A DNA stretch of 64,000 bases from a virus, in IMG/VR virus record IMGVR_UViG_3300032893_000735, positions 32,001 through 96,000 of that record; one strand, written 5' to 3'. Position 1 is the stretch's first letter. Each line of letters opens with the position of its first letter. Shown here piece after piece: positions 57,640 to 64,000 of this stretch. Below the pieces are notes generated by a model, which did no database searches, was not told the DNA's origin, and saw only the letters and a program-made list of their open reading frames with translations. A program made the translations under genes and the position numbers.

Positions 57640-58622
57640 AACACATTCCGTTTCCAGATATTCAGCAATTCCGAAACACCGTCAAGACCGTCCGAGAACG
57701 GGCGGAGTACAGTGGGGTTCCGCTCCCTACTCTGACATTTGTTGGGTCTGTTGAACTGCACGGAACAAACGCTTCTGTTGTCTTTCCAGAAAATGGACAG
57801 ATTGTCGTGCAGAGTCGGACACGAATCATTACCCCAGAGCACGATAACGCTGGGTTCGCTAAATGGGTTACAGAGAACGAGGAATGGTTCGTTACTCTTC
57901 GTCGTGTTTTGCGGGAAGAATTCAAACTAGCAAACGGATTCGTTGTCTACGGAGAATGGTGCGGCCAAGGAATCCAGAAGGGTGTGGCTATTTCTCAGGT
58001 CTCCAAGAGATTTGTAGTATTTTCAATCGCAGTTCTCAAAGGGGAAGATCGTGAATGGGTCCATCCTCTCTGCGTCAGGTCTTTGGTGTCCCCCATGTTT
58101 TACTGCATTTACGACTACCCGACTTGGACTTTGGATATTGATTTTAACAAGCCCGAAGAATCTCAAAACCGTCTGGTAGAATTGACTCAGGCGGTTGAGA
58201 ATGAATGCCCAGTAGGGAAATCGTTTGGAGTTTCTGGAGTCGGTGAGGAGATTGTTTGGTGGCCGCTTCCCGCCCTTGACTTCAATACCAGAGATTTGGC
58301 TTTCAAGGTAAAAGGAGAAAAGCACTCCGAGTCGAAAGTTAAGACTCTGGCGGCGGTTGATGTAGAAAAACTCAACTCCTTGAACGAACTTGTTGATACT
58401 ATCTTGACAGAGCACCGTCTAGAAAAGAAAATCGAATCTCTTCTTGAGCAAGGAGGAAGTCTAGACATCAAGCAAACTGGCGCTTTTCTGAAGTTAGTCG
58501 GCCAGGATGTCTACAAGGAAGAAGCGGATACCATTTCCGAGGCAGGCTTCAAGGATAGCGAAGTCATGGGCGCGGTACAAAAGAAAGCAAAGAAATTCTG
58601 GATGGAAAAATTGTCCAGATAG
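57636..58622 (+). CDS. RNA ligase-like protein (Rnl2 family) with altered catalytic motifs
   Basis: ELHGTNA (motif I), QSR, YGEWCG.GIQK, GEEIVW, FKVKGEKHS. Confidence 0.75.
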   Translation: MKHIPFPDIQQFRNTVKTVRERAEYSGVPLPTLTFVGSVELHGTNASVVFPENGQIVVQSRTRIITPEHDNAGFAKWVTENEEWFVTLRRVLREEFKLANGFVVYGEWCGQGIQKGVAISQVSKRFVVFSIAVLKGEDREWVHPLCVRSLVSPMFYCIYDYPTWTLDIDFNKPEESQNRLVELTQAVENECPVGKSFGVSGVGEEIVWWPLPALDFNTRDLAFKVKGEKHSESKVKTLAAVDVEKLNSLNELVDTILTEHRLEKKIESLLEQGGSLDIKQTGAFLKLVGQDVYKEEADTISEAGFKDSEVMGAVQKKAKKFWMEKLSR

Positions 58623-59243
58623 TGGACAAGGAGGAACAATGAAATACCAGAACGTGAAGAATGCTATGGAAGAAGCCGAGCGGTTTATCCGGAAATCGGA
58701 CGCCCTGCTCAAACTGACGGACGAAGCTGTGGGGAACGATCACCTTGACGGCGACTACGTTGTTCAAGGGCACGCATCGGCCTCTGTCCGCCGGTCGTCC
58801 TTGGAGCTTTCCCATCTTTTGTCTCAGATGCGCAAGTCAGATTGGGAGGAGTAATGAGGACTACCACGCGGCAAGACACAGAACTTACGGATCAGATTCT
58901 AGATTGGGTGGTTTCGTCGGTAGATATGGAAGACCTTTACGGTAGAGAATCCATTCTGGAATATGCTTCCGAAAATTTCGAATTGGAGGACTTATTTACC
59001 GAGAAGGAACTTTCCAGTTGGGCTTATGACAACGGATTTAAGAAGTTTGAATAGGAGGTACGGTGGAAACTCCTGAGCAATATGCAATGCAGATCCTAGA
59101 CCGCCTTGGATTTTTGTTCGGGCACGACTACGTTCCTGGAAACGCAATCGACAAGGCGGTTAAATTCACTATCGAAGTCTTTGAAGATAAAGATTTCGAG
59201 GATCTTAACGGGTATAACCAAAGTGATTCGGGGTGGACATAAC

Positions 59244-61115
59244 GTGGAAGATTTGGATGCGTTGAAGAGTAATCCAGGGGTAATCAGGGTATACTCACGA
59301 TACGTAAAGTTGAAGAAGGCGGGGAACAAATACGTAGGATGCTGCCCGCTTCCTGAGCACAATGACGGCAGTCCGAGTTTCACAGTGTTCCCAGACATGC
59401 GGGCTAGTTGCTTCGGGTGCGGGGCTAATCTGAACGTATTCCAACTTGTCCAGAAAATGGACGGATGCGATTTTAAGACTGCGGTAGAAAAGGTGAAGGA
59501 AGAAGTGGGCGAGACGAGCTGGGAATCCGCGAAGCAGAAGGTAGAAAGCACGTTTAAGGCCGTCGCGGAGCCGAAGACCTACAAGACCATCTCCTTAGAG
59601 CAGTGGAAGAAGATGGAGGATAATCTCGCGCAATCAAAATCCGCCCAAGACTTTCTCCTGAACGAGCGCGGGATTACATTTGAAACCGCCCAGAGGTTGC
59701 GACTTGGGTTTGTCCAGAATCTAGGAGCTTTGGCGGGGGCAGATGGGGCAGACATTGCTAACCAAGGCTGGATTGCTCTTCCTTCGATTGAGGACGGCAA
59801 AGTCGTGTCCGTGAAATACAGGTCCATTATTCGGAAAAAGCCGGGAGGGTTTAGCCGCCAACCCGGTATGGCTACGGCTTTGTTCAACGCGGAAACCATT
59901 GATCCGTTTGAACCAGTAATGGTGGTGGAGGGGGAGTTCGATTCGTGCGCGCTAGAACAAGCAGGATTCAAAGCTGTTTCTGTCCCAAATGCAGGGGCGA
60001 AATTAACCCCGGAGCAGAAGGACAAGCTGATGCAAGCATCGATGGTGATCCTGGCTGGGGATACCGACGCTGCTGGCGTGACTTCGATGGACCGGCTCTG
60101 GAAGGAACTCGGAGAACGGGTTTACAAACTGACGTGGCCGGAGGGGATGAAGGACGCGAACCAGACGCTTCTTGAGAACTGCGGTCGGGACGTTTCAAAA
60201 TTCAAGAATCTTGTAGATGAGTTGACTAGAAAGGCGAAAAGCCAGCCTATGCCCTCCGTTTATTCACTGCAAGAAGCCATGATGAATGGGGAAGAGGGAA
60301 CGCTGTCCGAGAGGACGGATCGTCTTCGGATGCCGTGGTCTTGCCTTGATGACTCTTTGATTATTCTACCGGGGCATGTCTTCGGGTTCGGCAGCTCCAA
60401 TACTGGCATGGGCAAGACACTTTGGACAGTTCAGGTTAGCTTGTATAACGCTCGTAAGTTCGGGAGAACCGTGCTGAATTTTCAAGCTGAGATGGACCCG
60501 TCTGAGATCGGTGATTTGGTCGCCGCACAGATGCTCAGGGTTGACCGGAACACGTTGACTAAGTCGGACAGGGTTAAGGCGGCGCAAATCCTAGGGTCCG
60601 AAGGTGTTAATTACTATATTGGCCGGGATTCTAACCTTACGGAACTGAACGAGGTTCTTGACCTTTTGGAAGCAGCCATCAAGAGGCTGTCCCCCGAAAT
60701 CGTGATCCTGGACCACTTCCATCATTTTTCGGCTGGAACTTCGAACGAAGTGAACGCACAATCCGCTGCGATGACCAGAATCAAGGCGCTAGCAGACGCC
60801 TACAAGGTAATTTTTATCAACGTAGGACAACCCCGCAAAAGTAACCAGCAATCTCGTGGACGCAAAATTACAGTGGATGATTTTAAAGGCTCAGGCGCGT
60901 GGAAAGACGCCGCTAACTCTGTAATGATTATCCACCGTGACCTAAACAAAGATGACGCTCCGACATCTAAGGGGCCTTACGAGGACCGTACTCTGGTCCA
61001 GGTTCTTAAGGGAAGATCGTTGGGTAGAGGATCATCCTCTGCCGTTCTTACTTGTTTCGGAGAGTTCGGCTGCTTCGAAGAAATTGATTCCGTCCACGAA
61101 GATCCTGAAGAATAA
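59244..61115 (+). CDS. Primase-helicase (CHC2 zinc finger, TOPRIM, DnaB-like)
   Basis: CPLPEH..PSF..CFGCG, VEGEFD, D.D.AG, KDAN, GMGKT, ILDHFH. Confidence 0.88.
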   Translation: MEDLDALKSNPGVIRVYSRYVKLKKAGNKYVGCCPLPEHNDGSPSFTVFPDMRASCFGCGANLNVFQLVQKMDGCDFKTAVEKVKEEVGETSWESAKQKVESTFKAVAEPKTYKTISLEQWKKMEDNLAQSKSAQDFLLNERGITFETAQRLRLGFVQNLGALAGADGADIANQGWIALPSIEDGKVVSVKYRSIIRKKPGGFSRQPGMATALFNAETIDPFEPVMVVEGEFDSCALEQAGFKAVSVPNAGAKLTPEQKDKLMQASMVILAGDTDAAGVTSMDRLWKELGERVYKLTWPEGMKDANQTLLENCGRDVSKFKNLVDELTRKAKSQPMPSVYSLQEAMMNGEEGTLSERTDRLRMPWSCLDDSLIILPGHVFGFGSSNTGMGKTLWTVQVSLYNARKFGRTVLNFQAEMDPSEIGDLVAAQMLRVDRNTLTKSDRVKAAQILGSEGVNYYIGRDSNLTELNEVLDLLEAAIKRLSPEIVILDHFHHFSAGTSNEVNAQSAAMTRIKALADAYKVIFINVGQPRKSNQQSRGRKITVDDFKGSGAWKDAANSVMIIHRDLNKDDAPTSKGPYEDRTLVQVLKGRSLGRGSSSAVLTCFGEFGCFEEIDSVHEDPEE

Positions 61116-61163
61116 TGTTGCAGTTTAACCTTTGGTATGCTACACTCAAAAGAAAGAGGAGAA

Positions 61164-61934
61164 ATGAGAGAACTTAACCCGCATGACCTTCTTTGGGCGG
61201 TTCGATTGCTGCCTCAAAGGGTTCGAAATCAAATGATTACCTACGGCTCCCGTCTGGTTCTTGGCGGTGGATTCGTTAGGTCAACCGTATCTGGCGAGAA
61301 GCCGAATGACATTGACCTTTTTACCCAGACGCCCGAAGACGCGAATTTGTTTGCTTCAGAACTGGCGAAGGAGGCGAAGAAGGGAGATCCTTACAAAACA
61401 GGGAATGCATTATCCGTTAAGCTGTCGCCCCGGCACTTTGTTCAATATGTCCACCGTTGGTCTTTCCCGACACCAGCGCATCTGATCGAGTCTTTTGATT
61501 TCACGATTGCGTGTTCTGCGTTGTGGTTTGACACCGAGTCCAGAAAATGGACAAGTTTGATCGACGATGAGTTCTATTCGGATTTGGCCGCGAAAAGGCT
61601 AGTGTATCGTTCTCCGCTTCGTAATGAGGACGCTGGCGGTTCGATGCTCCGTGTTCTCAAGTTCTACCAGCGTGGGTTCCGAATCCCGATTGATTCGCTC
61701 GGGGCCGTTATTGCCCGTCTAGTAGATGGAGTAGACTTGAACGGAGTAGCAACGGAGAGCTATAAAGATGGTCGTGTACTTGGTGGTACAAACATAGGAG
61801 ATACCACTGAGAAACGGTGGGCAAGTATCATCACCGGCCTGCTTCACGAAGTAGATCCACAGATCGACCCCGACCACCTATCTCATTTGCCGAGGTCGGT
61901 ACAAGAAGTAAAAGACGAGGAGGAAGTTCAGTGA
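61164..61934 (+). CDS. Nucleotidyltransferase-like protein
   Basis: GGGFVR..PNDIDLF...FDFT...RVLKFYQRGF. Confidence 0.7.
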   Translation: MRELNPHDLLWAVRLLPQRVRNQMITYGSRLVLGGGFVRSTVSGEKPNDIDLFTQTPEDANLFASELAKEAKKGDPYKTGNALSVKLSPRHFVQYVHRWSFPTPAHLIESFDFTIACSALWFDTESRKWTSLIDDEFYSDLAAKRLVYRSPLRNEDAGGSMLRVLKFYQRGFRIPIDSLGAVIARLVDGVDLNGVATESYKDGRVLGGTNIGDTTEKRWASIITGLLHEVDPQIDPDHLSHLPRSVQEVKDEEEVQ

Positions 61935-62078
61935 AGCCAGTAAGATGTCCCAACTGCGGTAAAGGCTGGGACCGATTCGGAGACGGTGATTGCGACTACT
62001 GCACCCGTAAAGAATTCCGTCCAGAAAATGGGCAGGATGACGACTTGACTATGTGGCCAGCTTGGCAACGGAGGACCG

Positions 62079-63149
62079 ATGAAAATCCTAGCAAGTGAAC
62101 TCAAGAAGACTCTTAAGGTACTCTCTCCGATCAAAACGGAGACCTACCAGATCGGAGAGAACGGTATCTCCGCTCAGGACCAGTCAGAGGCTCTAGTTAT
62201 CCTGGAATCTCCGTTGTCGCAACTTGGCGGTCCTTTCAACTTCTCCGGCAAGAAGTTCTCGCAGGTCGTCGCCCGAATGTCCGGGGAGATTGACTTGACG
62301 GTAGAAGGTAACAAGATGACCATCAGGTCCTCCAAGGCAAAGATCGAACTTGAGATCCAACAGATCAAGAAGCAGAACATCCCGGAGACTCCAGACAAGT
62401 TCATCAAGTTCTCAGAAGAGGAGTTTAAGACAGCGCTGGCTTTGTCCGCTTCGTTCGCCTCGACCAAGAAGAGCGAAGACTTCGGTGGGAAGGTTTTGAT
62501 CCAGAGTCTTCCAATTGGAATTGAGGATGAACACCCGTCTGGGTATCGAATCGTAGGTACGGACAGCTTCGTCCTGACAGTAGCCAGTCGTGACCAGTCG
62601 GTTCCGTTTGAGTTCAAGTATTCGTTGAACCTTCTCGCTGCCTCGATTGTCCAGTTTCTGGACGGAGACATTGAGATCGGAGAAACGATTAGCCATCTGG
62701 TCCTGAAGGCGAAGGGTGCGACAGTTTACGCAGCCAAGTCAACCAAGGTCTATCCTCCGTTCGACCGGACTTTGGCAGCTACTAGCCCCGTAACTATCTC
62801 ATTCCAGACTCATAAGTGGATGTCTTGCTTGAAGACGGTAGAACCCCTGATAGACGAATCGGTTGACGACGGAAATATCTGTTTACATTTCTTGGATGGT
62901 GTGGTACAATTCAAGACAATAGGAGTTGGATCAACGGCTTCGGACGAGACAGAGTATGAGCAGACTCTGCCCGATCCAGTTTTTGATCCGAAGGAATTTG
63001 AGATGCGGATTAAGGCTGAGCGACTGGCTAGTTTTCTTTCCAAGGCTGGGGAGTTCTCCACGTTGGGGGTAGCCTCTAGCAAGCAGCCATACCGATTTGA
63101 ATCAGACGGGATTATTTCCATTATCCTGCCGCCAGCGGAGAAGCGATGA
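62079..63149 (+). CDS. DNA sliding clamp (beta-like)
   Basis: 356 aa; IVGTDSFVL and YPPFDR motifs; a clamp loader is also encoded. Confidence 0.7.
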   Translation: MKILASELKKTLKVLSPIKTETYQIGENGISAQDQSEALVILESPLSQLGGPFNFSGKKFSQVVARMSGEIDLTVEGNKMTIRSSKAKIELEIQQIKKQNIPETPDKFIKFSEEEFKTALALSASFASTKKSEDFGGKVLIQSLPIGIEDEHPSGYRIVGTDSFVLTVASRDQSVPFEFKYSLNLLAASIVQFLDGDIEIGETISHLVLKAKGATVYAAKSTKVYPPFDRTLAATSPVTISFQTHKWMSCLKTVEPLIDESVDDGNICLHFLDGVVQFKTIGVGSTASDETEYEQTLPDPVFDPKEFEMRIKAERLASFLSKAGEFSTLGVASSKQPYRFESDGIISIILPPAEKR

Positions 63150-63481
63150 AAAAGACAATCATGACCTTGACTCTAATTTTGATGGTCGGAGTAGCCTTAA
63201 CCGCGCAAACAAACACTCCCTGCGACAAGTCGGAAGTGAAAAAACCGAAGAATATTGATCCTACCTGGACTGAGTTTCTTGTTGCGCACCAAGTTCCCAG
63301 TTGCCCAGACGGGTACACCCTGCAAAAACGAACTTGGAGTGGTGGATATTATTTCCCCAATGTAGACCACGGTACGGTTGGTTCTTCAGAAATAGGTCAT
63401 TATATTTGGGGAGATGTAAAGGACAACCCATACAGTGATCCAGAATATCGGTGCCATCTTGATTCGTCAAAAGGTAAGTAA
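63146..63481 (+). CDS. Hypothetical protein with a signal-peptide-like N-terminus
   Basis: MKKTIMTLTLILMVGVALTA|Q. Confidence 0.5.
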   Translation: MKKTIMTLTLILMVGVALTAQTNTPCDKSEVKKPKNIDPTWTEFLVAHQVPSCPDGYTLQKRTWSGGYYFPNVDHGTVGSSEIGHYIWGDVKDNPYSDPEYRCHLDSSKGK

Positions 63482-63483
63482 AA

Positions 63484-63906
63484 ATGAAAAATCCATCTTA
63501 TGTTTACTTATGTGGGGGGATCAACGGTTTAAATGATTCCCAATGTAAAGATTGGCGACAAGTAGCCAAGTCTCTGCTGGTTATCCCAACTCTTGACCCT
63601 ATGCGTAGGGACTACAGAGGTATTGAGGGTGGTAACGTCAACGAAATAGTACACGGGGATATTCGGGATCTAGAATCTTCTGAATTTGTTCTGGTGAATG
63701 CTACGAGACCAAGCTGGGGTACTGCTATGGAAGTTAGGGCGGCTTGGTCCGAGTACGGCCTCACAGTTGTTTCTTTCGTTGAGGACTCGAAGGTGTCTCC
63801 TTGGTTGGCTTATCATTCCAGCCGAATAGTAAAAACAGTTGAAGAGGGGGCTGAGGTGATAAATAATCTCTATTCGGAGAGGGCGAAGTATGATAGTTTT
63901 TGTTGA
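63484..63906 (+). CDS. Nucleoside 2-deoxyribosyltransferase-like protein
   Basis: VYLCGGI...WR...DPMR...D...SWGTAME. Confidence 0.75.
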   Translation: MKNPSYVYLCGGINGLNDSQCKDWRQVAKSLLVIPTLDPMRRDYRGIEGGNVNEIVHGDIRDLESSEFVLVNATRPSWGTAMEVRAAWSEYGLTVVSFVEDSKVSPWLAYHSSRIVKTVEEGAEVINNLYSERAKYDSFC

Positions 63907-64000
63907 GGACAGTTTTGTTTCGGCTCATTGGCTCCCAAATGTCCCTGATGATCATAAGTGCAAGAAGTTGCACGGTCATACTTATCGAATCCGAATAGAG
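63890..64000 (+). CDS. queD: 6-carboxytetrahydropterin synthase (partial)
   Basis: MIVFVEDSFVSAHWLPNVPDDHKCKKLHGHTYRIRIE; not in the ORF track. Confidence 0.85.
   Translation, partial: MIVFVEDSFVSAHWLPNVPDDHKCKKLHGHTYRIRIE

Larger units (their letters stand above)
496..62663. repeat. Dispersed 15-bp pseudo-palindrome GTCCAGAAAATGGAC, more than 50 copies
   Basis: Read directly, e.g. 1724, 8202, 14539, 15605, 31583, 40955, 43265, 57174, 57610, 59448, 61538 plus many 1-3 mismatch variants. Confidence 0.95.

Overview
64 kb of a tailed dsDNA phage genome with two divergent arms that meet at about 26 kb; the host cannot be determined from this window. Left arm (- strand): head, packaging and structural genes, a 30-tRNA array with several unexplained structured RNAs, and a lysozyme with HNH nucleases. 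The major capsid gene is absent from the ORF track because it is split by at least three group I introns; the portal carries an intein. Right arm (+ strand): small early genes separated by twister and hammerhead ribozymes, a tyrosine recombinase and a near-complete replication/recombination set (PolA-type polymerase, clamp loader, beta clamp, primase-helicase, split UvrD, SSB, Bet/RecT-like protein, initiator with iterons). It also has anti-defence/metabolic genes: a NARP1-like Prs+Nampt pair, a Tad2-like protein, an intein-bearing C5 methyltransferase, and QueD at the window edge. Two features fit nothing I recognise. One is a 15-bp pseudo-palindrome, GTCCAGAAAATGGAC, present more than 50 times in intergenic DNA, coding sequence and ribozyme hairpins. 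The other is a unit with its own promoter comprising a ~150-nt structured RNA, an Sm/LSm-like protein and an RS/SG-dipeptide protein. All calls were made by reading the sequence and recognising motifs; no searches were run.
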